A DNA stretch of 63,429 nt from Candidatus Woesearchaeota archaeon (GCA_043812815.1 JBDRLT010000015.1:1-63429), one strand, 5' to 3'; shown: positions 21,568 through 30,835, numbered from the stretch's first letter. Made by a program: numbers and translations. The notes: generated by a model from the letters alone, not told the origin.

Positions 21568-22893
21568 ATGGAAATCGCAATTACAGCCGAGGAGCTAGCG
21601 AGGGAAAGGCTTAGGCTTGATGATTTGGTGAACAGCCACAGTAATGCAATTAGGAACAAGCTGAATGGGAATGAAAAAAGCGTTGAGAGTATTTATGGCG
21701 GATTTGCTGTTGCTAAAATTCTGTGGCAGATGCTTGTGAAAGAGCAGCGGGTTGATAAAGTACAGGGAATGGCTGCTGCTGTTTGTCTTGGTGCCAATTA
21801 TGGGTTGCATGTGCTTGGAGTAAATCCTGGGGATGCAGGAGAGTTTTCTAAAGAAGTGGTTGATTATGGCAAGCCTTTTCCAGTGCCTTTGAATGAGCTG
21901 CTCGGGAAATATTCTGCTGCCCTAGATTATTGCCAAAGCGTAGATGGACTTACCCGTGCTTTTTTTTCATGGATGCGGGGTGCTGCTGAGCAGACAGGGG
22001 GTTTGCTTGCAGGCATTAAAGGGGAGATTGCTGATTATGCAATTGGTAGTGTAAAGAGCGGAAAAACCTGGGCTGATTTTGGCGGGTATGAGCATGCTGT
22101 GGCTTATCTTAAGGATATTGCATTGCTAATCGAGCATTATGATGAAGTTGAAGCCCTGCGTGTTTTGAAGCCAGGGGAGATTTTGCCAAGGGGTATTCTT
22201 TTTTACGGGCCGCCTGGCACTGGCAAGAGCAGTTTGGCAATGATATTCTGCTATGAGGTAGGCATCCCATTTTTTATGGTGAGCAAGCAGGATTTTGCTG
22301 ATCGTTATAAGGATGGTTCTTGTTTGTTAATGGCTGAGAAATGTAGAGAGGCTGAGGAGCCGATTCGAAAAAAGACTGCAGTAGCAAGTGTGCTTTATTT
22401 TGACGAGCTTGACAGCGTAGTTACAACACGTTCAGATAATGAGAATGCCCGGGAAGACAATAAGGTTGTTACCACCTTGGGCTTGCATATGGACGGGCCG
22501 AATGCAGTTGACAGACTGATTTTCATGGCCAGCACTAATAGGCCGGATATTATTGATCAAAGCTTGCTTAGGCCTGGAAGGTTTAGTGTTATGGTGTATA
22601 TGGGGTTGCCTAGCCTTGAAGGGCTAAAGGAAATATTCCCTATCTATTTGCGCGGAGCAGATGTTGATGTGGATGCGATTTTGGGGGAGTATGCTTTTGC
22701 TTCAGATGTTGCAGTGCCAGAAAGGGCAGTGGTGTGGAGTGGTGCTTTTGTGAAAGAACTGGTTATGGGAACTAAGCGGAGAAAGGTGCTTGATTATCTT
22801 AAGTCTGGCTCGGATTATCACATTTGCACAGGAGATATGGTGAGGGAAATTGAATTTTGCAAAAAAGGAAGCTACATTAATGCAGTTTTTTAG
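21568..22893 (+). CDS. classic-clade AAA+ ATPase with unique 190-aa N-terminal region, no protease domain
   Basis: Walker A GPPGTGKS, Walker B LYFDELD, second region of homology STNRPDIIDQSLLRPGRF. N-terminal region has a hydrophobic VQGMAAAVCLGANYGLHVLGV segment. Confidence 0.9.
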   Translation: MEIAITAEELARERLRLDDLVNSHSNAIRNKLNGNEKSVESIYGGFAVAKILWQMLVKEQRVDKVQGMAAAVCLGANYGLHVLGVNPGDAGEFSKEVVDYGKPFPVPLNELLGKYSAALDYCQSVDGLTRAFFSWMRGAAEQTGGLLAGIKGEIADYAIGSVKSGKTWADFGGYEHAVAYLKDIALLIEHYDEVEALRVLKPGEILPRGILFYGPPGTGKSSLAMIFCYEVGIPFFMVSKQDFADRYKDGSCLLMAEKCREAEEPIRKKTAVASVLYFDELDSVVTTRSDNENAREDNKVVTTLGLHMDGPNAVDRLIFMASTNRPDIIDQSLLRPGRFSVMVYMGLPSLEGLKEIFPIYLRGADVDVDAILGEYAFASDVAVPERAVVWSGAFVKELVMGTKRRKVLDYLKSGSDYHICTGDMVREIEFCKKGSYINAVF

Positions 22894-23170
22894 ATTATGG
22901 AGAGAGGACAAGGAACTGGTAGAAAGGGTTAGTGCTAACTACACTGAGTATTGCAGGCTTGCTGAGGCTGCCTGTACTGATTATTCTGGGGGTTTGCTTG
23001 CGAGGATTGAAGCAGAGGTTGGTGGCTGCTTTGGAGTTGAGGCAAGGTATAGGAGATTGCCTGTTGACAGGATACTGCCTGGGAGCAGTGCCAAGCTTGC
23101 AGCTGTGAAATCTCTGGAGAAGAAAGTTCATGATGCGAGAGTGCGGGCTGAAAGGTATAGGGTTGGCTAG
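22880..23170 (+). CDS. hypothetical helical protein (possibly the N-terminal part of a TAG-interrupted gene)
   Basis: ATG at 22880 overlaps the AAA gene end by 14 nt. Ends at TAG 23168-23170, with the frame staying open downstream. Confidence 0.5.
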   Translation: MQFFRLWREDKELVERVSANYTEYCRLAEAACTDYSGGLLARIEAEVGGCFGVEARYRRLPVDRILPGSSAKLAAVKSLEKKVHDARVRAERYRVG

Positions 23171-23266
23171 GTTGGATATGCTGAGCAGGAGCTGGCCAAC
23201 CAGAGTGAGCGTTATACAGGATATCTGAGTTATCTTGCTAAGGAGCGGCTGATTACTGCTGAGCAT

Positions 23267-23599
23267 GTGCAGACGCTTGCTGGCTTTGAGGTTGTGGATG
23301 GCTGCTTTCTGGAGCAGTGCAAGGAACAGGGCTTGGCAGAGGCTGCCTGCTACCTTGAGGGGCTGCATGTTGCATTTGCTGGCCAATTTGAGAGAGAGGT
23401 CGGCAGGGTGCGAGGTTATTTGGACACTAGAGTAGATGAGCTCAGCCTGGAGAAGTCAGGCAACTCATTAGAAGATCTTGATTTTTTTGTTAAGGTTATT
23501 GAGATGGCGATTACGATGTATAAGTTATTGAGGCTTCCGAGTTACAGAGCTGAGGAGGTGAAGCAATATCTCTCATCTCAGAAAGCAATAACTTACTAA
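23267..23599 (+). CDS. hypothetical helical protein (same frame as the 22880 ORF)
   Basis: Listed start is GTG. Codons 23171-23266 contain no stop and no in-frame ATG. Confidence 0.45.
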   Translation: MQTLAGFEVVDGCFLEQCKEQGLAEAACYLEGLHVAFAGQFEREVGRVRGYLDTRVDELSLEKSGNSLEDLDFFVKVIEMAITMYKLLRLPSYRAEEVKQYLSSQKAITY

Positions 23600-23607
23600 A
23601 AAGAAAT

Positions 23608-24165
23608 TTATTCTAATTCCTTTTTCACCAGGTCCAATAGAAACTCAAATTTTAAATACCCTGCCTTTTCATTAAAGTGACCAGCGTTATTAAACATAAT
23701 TAATTTTGTATTCAGTTGCTTTGCAGTAATCCTACCATGTTCTGGCCCAACATACGGATCATTTTCTGAATATATTGGATAAAAATGCTGCGCATTTGAC
23801 TTAACCTTCTTCCAGTCAATAGGGTAGTCCAGAAAGCTCATATGGTATTTGTCAAACTGATTATTTAGAGGTTTAATTGGTCCAGCAACTAAAAATACTG
23901 CTTTTACTTTAGTGTTTATTCTTTCTAAGAGTCTTAACAGGAAAATTGCCCCACAACTGTGGCCAATTAGTATTGTTTTTGAATTTATTTGAAGAAGGTA
24001 TTTATTAAAGACTTCAAGCCAGGTATCGAGTTTTTGGTTTTCAGGTGTAGGGAACTGTGGAACATGGCATTTATGCCCTAACTTTTCAATTTCCTGTTTG
24101 AGCCAGGGAAACCAGTTTTCACCTGGATATCCCAAGGTGCCATGGATAATGAATACATCTGCCAT
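23608..24165 (-). CDS. YdeN/RBBP9-like serine hydrolase
   Basis: FIIHG...WFPWL, GHSCGA nucleophile elbow and a C-terminal NAGHF; 185 aa. Confidence 0.8.
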   Translation of the reverse strand: MADVFIIHGTLGYPGENWFPWLKQEIEKLGHKCHVPQFPTPENQKLDTWLEVFNKYLLQINSKTILIGHSCGAIFLLRLLERINTKVKAVFLVAGPIKPLNNQFDKYHMSFLDYPIDWKKVKSNAQHFYPIYSENDPYVGPEHGRITAKQLNTKLIMFNNAGHFNEKAGYLKFEFLLDLVKKELE

Positions 24166-24208
24166 TACAAAGCCAATGCTTAAAAAGAATAAAAACTTTT
24201 CGTATTTA

Positions 24209-25018
24209 TTAGAATTCCTTTGTTCTTTTGATTTCTAGACTAAAGTTTTTTAATATATCTTTGACGTGCTCTTTGTGTTTGCCAAGGCCTTTGTAGTCGA
24301 GGATTATCATTTCTGCCTTGGGCCAGGTTCTCTCTATGGCTTGCTGCAGTATTTCTGCATTTAGGTGTTCAAGCATATATTTTGGGCAGACATGGCCTAT
24401 GGCTATGTCTGAGTTTACGATTATCTTTTTGAATGAGGGTGTGTGGTGCAAGCCTCCAAGGCCGACTGCAGTTTTGTGGATTGGGATAGTTGATTCGGTG
24501 AGATGGATTATTGTCTGGGCAATTATTTTTGCTGCATCTTTTCTTACCCATTGTTCTTCTGAAGAACCTATCTCAATGAACATAGATGGTTTCTCAAGAT
24601 AAGGGCCGTGATGGGTGCATTCCTGGATGATTTCAAAGTCGAGGTTTTTTGCTAATTCAGTGAGTTTAATTAATGCTGTTTTCAGAAAGTTGGCAGGTCC
24701 AATACAGAGTTGACTGTCTCGGCCGCCAAATTCTGCTTTATACCAATTGCCTTGCGTGTGGACTGAGAGGCTTGGAATGCTGTTGCGGGATTCGTGTTTG
24801 GTGGCAAAGATGAACAGGTCAGCCTGAATTTTTTTATCGATATCTTCGCAGTAAACAGAGTCTTGGTTTGCAGTGTAGAGTTTTGTGTTGTTGAATGTAA
24901 AGACTGGGTTGTTTTCAAAAAGTTCATCGGTTTTTTCGAAACGGAATAGATCTATTAGTGACTTCTTTATTGTTAAGCCTGCCTGATCTTTGTTTGAGCA
25001 GATTATGGCAAATTTCAT
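24209..25018 (-). CDS. dtdA: D-aminoacyl-tRNA deacylase, archaeal DTD2 type
   Basis: MKFAIICSNKDQAGLTIKKSL, HTQGNW and ECTHHGP segments typical of the DTD2 family; 269 aa. Confidence 0.8.
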   Translation of the reverse strand: MKFAIICSNKDQAGLTIKKSLIDLFRFEKTDELFENNPVFTFNNTKLYTANQDSVYCEDIDKKIQADLFIFATKHESRNSIPSLSVHTQGNWYKAEFGGRDSQLCIGPANFLKTALIKLTELAKNLDFEIIQECTHHGPYLEKPSMFIEIGSSEEQWVRKDAAKIIAQTIIHLTESTIPIHKTAVGLGGLHHTPSFKKIIVNSDIAIGHVCPKYMLEHLNAEILQQAIERTWPKAEMIILDYKGLGKHKEHVKDILKNFSLEIKRTKEF

Positions 25019-25161
25019 TTCTGACGAGGAATGAGTTGTTTCTTATTAAGGTTAGCATTGTTGAATAGTCTTGTTTATACAAGTGAGAGTTCGAGTGAAT
25101 CTCTAGAAGATATATTATAAACTATATTAAATAATTACGAAGATAATTGAAAAAATAAAAA

Positions 25162-25899
25162 TTATACTGCGTCCTGTAATCGCAGAGATTGTGTGATTCT
25201 TGCTAGCCGATTGTATAATGTCCTCAGAATCTGCTCATCTTCCCAAGGAATTTCTGATTGCATTAGGAGCTTCACTTCTGATTCCATTAGTTGCAGCAAA
25301 CCACCGATTGCACGCAACTGTTCTGAGGAAGCCTTTAGGTAGTTACTCATATCCTTGGTCTCTTCTAAGGTAACGTTCTCAATTTGTTTTTCTTGATGTA
25401 CCATTTCGTCTGCAATTTTTCCAAGGTTCTGTGAAAGCTTTAAAAGTATTCTTCCCATCTGATCATATTTCGTTTTAGGGATTGTTTTACCTTGAGCTAA
25501 ACTAGCTTCTGCTTCAGCAAGACGTTGCTCTGCTTCAGCATATTCATTAAGGACTTCTTGATGTACATTTGGGTTTGTCCTAATATAAGGATAAGACTTG
25601 GATTTCCTGTCTAATTCGTCTAAATCTGATTTGGAATGTTTAAGCTCACTCCTCAGATCAAAGACTAGTTGCCGGGCCTGTGAAATCTCAATTTTTGCTG
25701 TTATGCTCAAAGTTTTGGCCATTCTTTGGATTTGAGTTGATGATCTCTTTAAATTTGCCCAGTGTGACCTTAAAATGTCTTTGAAAGCTTTCCAACTTCT
25801 TGCCCCACCAGCAATTTCTATCTCTCTAATATAAAGCTCCAATAATCTCTCTTTTTCATTTTTTTTTTTCAAGAATTGTCCTAACGGGAAGCCCTTCAT
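25162..25899 (-). CDS. coiled-coil hypothetical protein
   Basis: 245 aa, heptad-like (AEAEQRLAEAEASLAQ). No enzymatic motif. Confidence 0.55.
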   Translation of the reverse strand: MKGFPLGQFLKKKNEKERLLELYIREIEIAGGARSWKAFKDILRSHWANLKRSSTQIQRMAKTLSITAKIEISQARQLVFDLRSELKHSKSDLDELDRKSKSYPYIRTNPNVHQEVLNEYAEAEQRLAEAEASLAQGKTIPKTKYDQMGRILLKLSQNLGKIADEMVHQEKQIENVTLEETKDMSNYLKASSEQLRAIGGLLQLMESEVKLLMQSEIPWEDEQILRTLYNRLARITQSLRLQDAV

Positions 25900-26218
25900 T
25901 CCTCACTGCTTCCATAACGGGGGTCATATGGCCTAGTGCTTTTTCCGACGCTTTTCTGCCAGATGCTGTTCTCGCTCCAAATATATCTAAAATTCTTATT
26001 TTGCATCACCTTTTCATCTTGGAAAGACATAACTACCCAATTAGGTTAGGATATATTTATATGTTTCTACTACAGGTTTAATTAATTTCAAATCAAAATT
26101 ATTTTAAGAGGTATTATTTTAAATTATGGGGGGATAGTGGAATATTTCACAGAACAATTGGGTTAGGTTGTATCAACCCAGTTAAGACAATCATTGGATT
26201 GGCAGTATATACTATGTT

Positions 26219-27139
26219 TCACTGCCACCAATCACTTAGGGGTATGGGTATAATGTTAATTCCAAGAGTTTCTTCAAACCAATTATTCAGCTGTGTTTTT
26301 ATTACCAAAAATTCAGAGGCTGCATGTGAGACTCCAATTAAGGACATTTTGGTTGTTTTTGCATAGTCTTCAACTTTCTCGGCTAACTCTTTGCCATAGT
26401 CATTGGTGTAGTGGCTGGTTACGTCGCCTGTTACATATGCCTGGGCTCCGAGCTGTTCTGCTTCTTGCATCCATTCTGTCATTAAACCAGAGCCACCGAT
26501 GCATGCGATTTTGGTAATATTGTTATTGACGGGTCCGAAAAAATCAACATAAGGTATTTGATAAATTTCCTTGCATTTTTCAATAAGCTGCTGGGTGGTT
26601 ATTGGTTTTACGTCGCAGACTAGGCCAGCGTCCCCATTGCCGTAAGGGCAGAAGCTTGCAGCGACTTTGCCATTTAATGCTCTGACCATTGCAAGAGAAG
26701 TGCTAACTTCTTTATTGTAGTCGAGTGGGGCGTGGCATGTGTAGACTGAAAGCTGCTTACCCTTAATCTTTCTTAGTGTTGGTTCTGGGATTGGTATAAA
26801 GCCTTTTCCTGGCTTGCCTTTTAGGTTGCCTGATATGGAGAATAATGGGTGGTGGAGGAATAGCAAATCGCCTGGGTGTGATTCGTTTAGGAATCTGTCC
26901 ATAACTTCAGGAGCTGGGAACACAGAGGCAAAAACATTTTCAACATTTTCAGCTCCTTTTATCATTAATCCATTTGTTCTTTGCATGAAATCTGTTTCAA
27001 AATATTTTGTGCAGTCTATGCCTGCTTCTTCATAGATTTTTGGGATTTTGGCTGACATTGATGGATCTTTTACGAGCTTCTTTATTTCAAAAAAAAAGTC
27101 TAGTTTATTTTGTAGGTCTGGAAGTTTTGCCATTTTCAC
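26219..27139 (-). CDS. NIF3-family dinuclear metal centre protein
   Basis: LFLHHPLFS and VSHAASEF motifs with an insert domain; 306 aa. Confidence 0.8.
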   Translation of the reverse strand: MKMAKLPDLQNKLDFFFEIKKLVKDPSMSAKIPKIYEEAGIDCTKYFETDFMQRTNGLMIKGAENVENVFASVFPAPEVMDRFLNESHPGDLLFLHHPLFSISGNLKGKPGKGFIPIPEPTLRKIKGKQLSVYTCHAPLDYNKEVSTSLAMVRALNGKVAASFCPYGNGDAGLVCDVKPITTQQLIEKCKEIYQIPYVDFFGPVNNNITKIACIGGSGLMTEWMQEAEQLGAQAYVTGDVTSHYTNDYGKELAEKVEDYAKTTKMSLIGVSHAASEFLVIKTQLNNWFEETLGINIIPIPLSDWWQ

Positions 27140-27220
27140 AAATTGAATTGCATTTTATTTAAAGGTTGTTGAAAGCCGCACAATATCTATTACCATTATT
27201 AAGTACTGAAAAGCATAAGG

Positions 27221-27228
27221 TTTAAATA
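27221..27228 (+). promoter_or_regulatory. TATA box (leaderless start at 27253)
   Basis: TTTAAATA, 24 nt upstream of the ATG at 27253. Confidence 0.5.
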
Positions 27229-27252
27229 TTGAATAAGTTTTTGCATATCAAA

Positions 27253-28149
27253 ATGACCGAAGAACCATGCCCTCATACATTTTTGCCAGCTCAGCTTGGT
27301 TGGAATGAGTGGTGTAGGACTTTTTTTATCGATGAGAAAGCACATTCTAATGTATTGGCCTATTTGACGAACATGGGATTTATCCCACACGGTAGTCGTC
27401 TTGTAAGGGCAGGGATTGAAGAGGCTGAATCGACAGAAGTGCTCCACCTAAGAGGTGTCGGCGCTTGGCAGGGGACTGTTTTCCATTGTTTATCTCAGAA
27501 TGAAGCAGTAGAAATGCTTAGACTAGCTGAGGCTTCTGACAAATACGCTGGCCTTGTTTTAAAAATGGGTGCTGCTGGTTCTGCCTTGGGGGCGTTAGGT
27601 TCTGTTTTAATTGAGCATGAAGGTTACAGTCACTTCCAGCTTGTGTTGGGTGGTGCCTGCCTAGGTATAGCAATAGGTGGAGGATTGGAAGCGCACTTGC
27701 GTGGACCAATCCTGGATAGCCTAGAAAGATTTAGACCATTTCCTTTAGCAGATTATCAATTTGCCATTCCTCGTGCTGTAATTTCAGACGCAGAGGGTAT
27801 TGCTCCAGAGATTATTGCCTTAATCAGTCCACCCAAACAGTATATGTTTACACCTGGAGAAGTCGAACATTGCACTGGGATAAAACCGTCATGCTCATAT
27901 TGCAAAGAAGACGCAACAGCTGGTTTTGTTGCCCAGGTTGTACCTGCAGAGTCTTGGGCAATTCAAAAGATGTTGGGATTGTATGGAATGAATTGCTGTG
28001 CAACGCTTGAACAATGTCAGGAAACTGTTCCTATACAGGTTTATGCATGCCGCAAACACGAAATGCCATTTGCAATGTTCCACACACTAGTAACCAAACA
28101 TAGAGAGATAGACAGAGGAACAGTAAATGCAGCCTACAATTGGATCTAG
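27253..28149 (+). CDS. glycine-zipper membrane protein with Cys/His-rich C-terminal domain, paralog 1
   Basis: GAAGSALGALGSV...GGACLGIAIGGGL. C-terminal CSYC...AIQKMLGLY...ACRKH aligns with the neighbouring gene. Confidence 0.65.
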   Translation: MTEEPCPHTFLPAQLGWNEWCRTFFIDEKAHSNVLAYLTNMGFIPHGSRLVRAGIEEAESTEVLHLRGVGAWQGTVFHCLSQNEAVEMLRLAEASDKYAGLVLKMGAAGSALGALGSVLIEHEGYSHFQLVLGGACLGIAIGGGLEAHLRGPILDSLERFRPFPLADYQFAIPRAVISDAEGIAPEIIALISPPKQYMFTPGEVEHCTGIKPSCSYCKEDATAGFVAQVVPAESWAIQKMLGLYGMNCCATLEQCQETVPIQVYACRKHEMPFAMFHTLVTKHREIDRGTVNAAYNWI

Positions 28150-28179
28150 GCAATAATTTTTAGAATTGCGGGGGGGGTT

Positions 28180-29040
28180 ATGAATTTGAAAATAATTGGA
28201 CCTGAAGAATTGGGAGCTGAAGCAGATTATAGTCCTGCTGATATGGATAAGGCTATGGAACTTCTGGGGCAGCAGGGGTTTATTATTGGTAAATCTTTTG
28301 CTCAAAGACCAGCAGTTGTTAAAGATGGCTTGTCCGAGCTTTTACTAGTTGATTCCAAGCCTTATCCCGGGACAGTTTATTATAGAATGAAGCCAGAGGA
28401 TATAGCACAAATTGTTAAATTAGTCAATTCCTATCCTGGTGCAGCACCAGTTGCCATAGGATATATTGGCGGCGCTGTAATTGGTGGTTTATCAACTGGA
28501 AGTGTTTGGGGTGCTGCAGCTGGCTCTTTTGTTTTGGGTCTTGTTTCCCTGGCCGCGTCCTATAAAATACAGGCTGTGATTGACAAGGTAGTGGGGTGCG
28601 ATGATGCCCCAAACCAGTTTACGCCGCAAAGAGGATTTCGTGATTTGGAACAGCGGATTCCTAAAGATTTAATCGGCGGACTGTGGGTTTCCGGTAAATG
28701 GGATGTGCGATTATTAAGGCAGTTGACAGATAAGGAGTATTTTCCCTTAAATACAGGTGAACTGCAAACTGGTGCTGAATTGCTGAGTACTTGCTCCTTT
28801 TGCTATGCAGAGACAAGCTCACATTATGTAAGTTATGGGAGTGATCTGGCAGTCAGAGCGGTTCAAAAAATGCTTGAACTATACCTTACCAAGAGCTATG
28901 TTTCAATCCATCCTGGCCACAAAGCTGAAATTGAGCTTGCGGCATGCAGTGATCATAGTGGGAGACTTGAAATGGTGCGTCAGGCAACTGGTGATAATCG
29001 CGGTTTGAGAAGAGGATTGGTTTATTTGGCTTTACAGTGA
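28180..29040 (+). CDS. glycine-zipper membrane protein with Cys/His-rich C-terminal domain, paralog 2
   Basis: IGYIGGAVIGGLSTGSVWGAAAGSFVLG. CSFC...AVQKMLELY...ACSDH. A G8 run precedes the ATG. Confidence 0.65.
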   Translation: MNLKIIGPEELGAEADYSPADMDKAMELLGQQGFIIGKSFAQRPAVVKDGLSELLLVDSKPYPGTVYYRMKPEDIAQIVKLVNSYPGAAPVAIGYIGGAVIGGLSTGSVWGAAAGSFVLGLVSLAASYKIQAVIDKVVGCDDAPNQFTPQRGFRDLEQRIPKDLIGGLWVSGKWDVRLLRQLTDKEYFPLNTGELQTGAELLSTCSFCYAETSSHYVSYGSDLAVRAVQKMLELYLTKSYVSIHPGHKAEIELAACSDHSGRLEMVRQATGDNRGLRRGLVYLALQ

Positions 29041-29050
29041 AACACCAAGA

Positions 29051-29058
29051 TTTAAATA
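29051..29058 (+). promoter_or_regulatory. TATA box (leaderless aRF1)
   Basis: TTTAAATA, 24 nt upstream of the ATG at 29083. Confidence 0.55.
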
Positions 29059-29082
29059 TTATCTTGAGTTCTGAATATCACT

Positions 29083-30183
29083 ATGGCGATTACTGCTAAG
29101 CAGCGTTATGAGATCAAGAAGTTTATCAAGGATCTTGAGAAGTATAAAGGGAGGCATACTGAGCTGGTGAGTGTGTATGTGCCTGCTGGTTATGATTTGA
29201 ACAAAATTGTCAATCATTTGAGCCAGGAACAGGGTACTGCCTCTAACATCAAGTCTACCTCAACCAGAAAGAATGTTACTGATGCTCTGGAGAGGATGCT
29301 GCAGCATCTCAAACTGTTTAAGAGAACGCCACCTAATGGATTGATTGTTTATTCTGGGAATGTGGCTGAGCGTGAGGGACAGCAGGATATTGAGGTTTGG
29401 AGCATGGAGCCGCCTGAGCCTTTGAATGCCAGGCTGTACAGATGCGACAAGGAGTTTGTGCTTGATGCTTTGCGGAATATGCTTGAAGTGAAAGAGGTTT
29501 ATGGGCTGGTGGTGATGGATAGGCGCGAGGGTAATATTGCCATGCTTAAAGGCAAGACAATCATACCACTGAGCAAAAAAGAGTCAAATGTGCCTGGGAA
29601 GACCCGTGCCGGGGGTCAATCTTCTCAAAGGTTTGCCCGTCTTAGAGAGGGCGCTGCCAAGGAGTTTTACAAGAAACTTGGGGATTTGATGAAGGATGAG
29701 TTCTTGTTCAACCCTAATCTGAAGGGGATTATTGTGGGTGGGCCAGGGCCTACCAAATATGATTTTGTGAACGGTAATTTTATCACCAACGAGGTGAAGA
29801 AGAAGATTATTGCTATTAAGGATATTACTTATACAGGGATGTTCGGGTTGCAGGAGCTGCTTGACGCCAGCCAGGATGTGCTTGCTGCCGAAGAGGTTGC
29901 AACCGAGAAGAAGTTGATGCAGCGCTTTTTTGATCTGCTGGCAAGAAAACCGGGGATGGCGAGTTATGGTGAGCAAGAGGTGCTGGAGAACATTAGGATA
30001 GGGGCTGTTGAGGTGGTGCTGCTCTCTGAAGAGCTTACTGATGAGAAGATTGAGATGTTTGAGCAGGAGGCTGGAAAGATGGGCAGCGAGGTTGCAATAA
30101 TTTCTGTTGAGACGCGAGAGGGGGTGCAGCTCAGGGATATTGGCAAGGTGGCTGCTGTTTTAAGGTATGAGGTCCATGTGTGA
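29083..30183 (+). CDS. prf1: peptide chain release factor aRF1
   Basis: NIKS motif (TASNIKSTS) and GGQ motif (TRAGGQSSQRF); 366 aa. Confidence 0.97.
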   Translation: MAITAKQRYEIKKFIKDLEKYKGRHTELVSVYVPAGYDLNKIVNHLSQEQGTASNIKSTSTRKNVTDALERMLQHLKLFKRTPPNGLIVYSGNVAEREGQQDIEVWSMEPPEPLNARLYRCDKEFVLDALRNMLEVKEVYGLVVMDRREGNIAMLKGKTIIPLSKKESNVPGKTRAGGQSSQRFARLREGAAKEFYKKLGDLMKDEFLFNPNLKGIIVGGPGPTKYDFVNGNFITNEVKKKIIAIKDITYTGMFGLQELLDASQDVLAAEEVATEKKLMQRFFDLLARKPGMASYGEQEVLENIRIGAVEVVLLSEELTDEKIEMFEQEAGKMGSEVAIISVETREGVQLRDIGKVAAVLRYEVHV

Positions 30184-30799
30184 TCTGATTCTGGAGGCTT
30201 TTCGCAGGCTTTATCCTGGGAAGGAGTTTTGTTATGCTGCCTCAATAGCATATTCTGACAGGTTTAATGACTATAATGCCAATGTTAAGATGCTTGGCTC
30301 CAGGATTGAGTTCGGGCTGAGCAGGAAATGGGAGACTGTTAATGATGAGATTAAGATAGGGTTACTGCAGGAGCTGATGCTCAGTCTGTTCAAGAGCAAG
30401 AAGAACACAACCAATATTGATTTGTACAACAAGTTTGTGCAGAATTTGCATATTGCTGTTGAAAAGACAGAGAGTGACCCTGTACTGGTTGAGTCTTTCA
30501 ACAGGGTGAATGATAGTTATTTTGATGGGATGGTTGAGCAGCCCAATTTGAGGTTTGGCAATTGTTCGAAAACGGTTTTTGGGGTTTACAATTTTCACAA
30601 TGATACTATTAAGTTTAGCACTGTTCTGAGAAATGACTATGAGTTGCTTGATTATGTGATGTATCACGAGCTGCTGCATAAAAAGTTGAAGTTCAGGCAT
30701 AACAATGGGAGGAGCTTTCATCACACTTCCGAGTTTAGGAGGAGGGAGAGAGAGTTTGCCAATCATGCTGTGGTGGAGCAGCGGTTGAAGAGGCTGTGA
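30167..30799 (+). CDS. SprT/DUF45-like zinc metallopeptidase-domain protein
   Basis: HExxH in YVMYHELLHKKL. Overlaps the aRF1 end by 17 nt. Confidence 0.6.
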   Translation: MRSMCDLILEAFRRLYPGKEFCYAASIAYSDRFNDYNANVKMLGSRIEFGLSRKWETVNDEIKIGLLQELMLSLFKSKKNTTNIDLYNKFVQNLHIAVEKTESDPVLVESFNRVNDSYFDGMVEQPNLRFGNCSKTVFGVYNFHNDTIKFSTVLRNDYELLDYVMYHELLHKKLKFRHNNGRSFHHTSEFRRREREFANHAVVEQRLKRL

Positions 30800-30835
30800 G
30801 AAAAGTTTAATAAGCTGTGGCTTGTTATTTTGAGG

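Noticed and set aside
15401-23599. Integrated provirus or plasmid as the explanation for the ORFan cluster
   Set aside because: No integrase, terminase, portal, recognisable capsid, replication initiator or flanking tRNA-derived att duplication is visible. The only repeat is the 19-mer around the first small ORF. This remains a minor alternative in the main finding.
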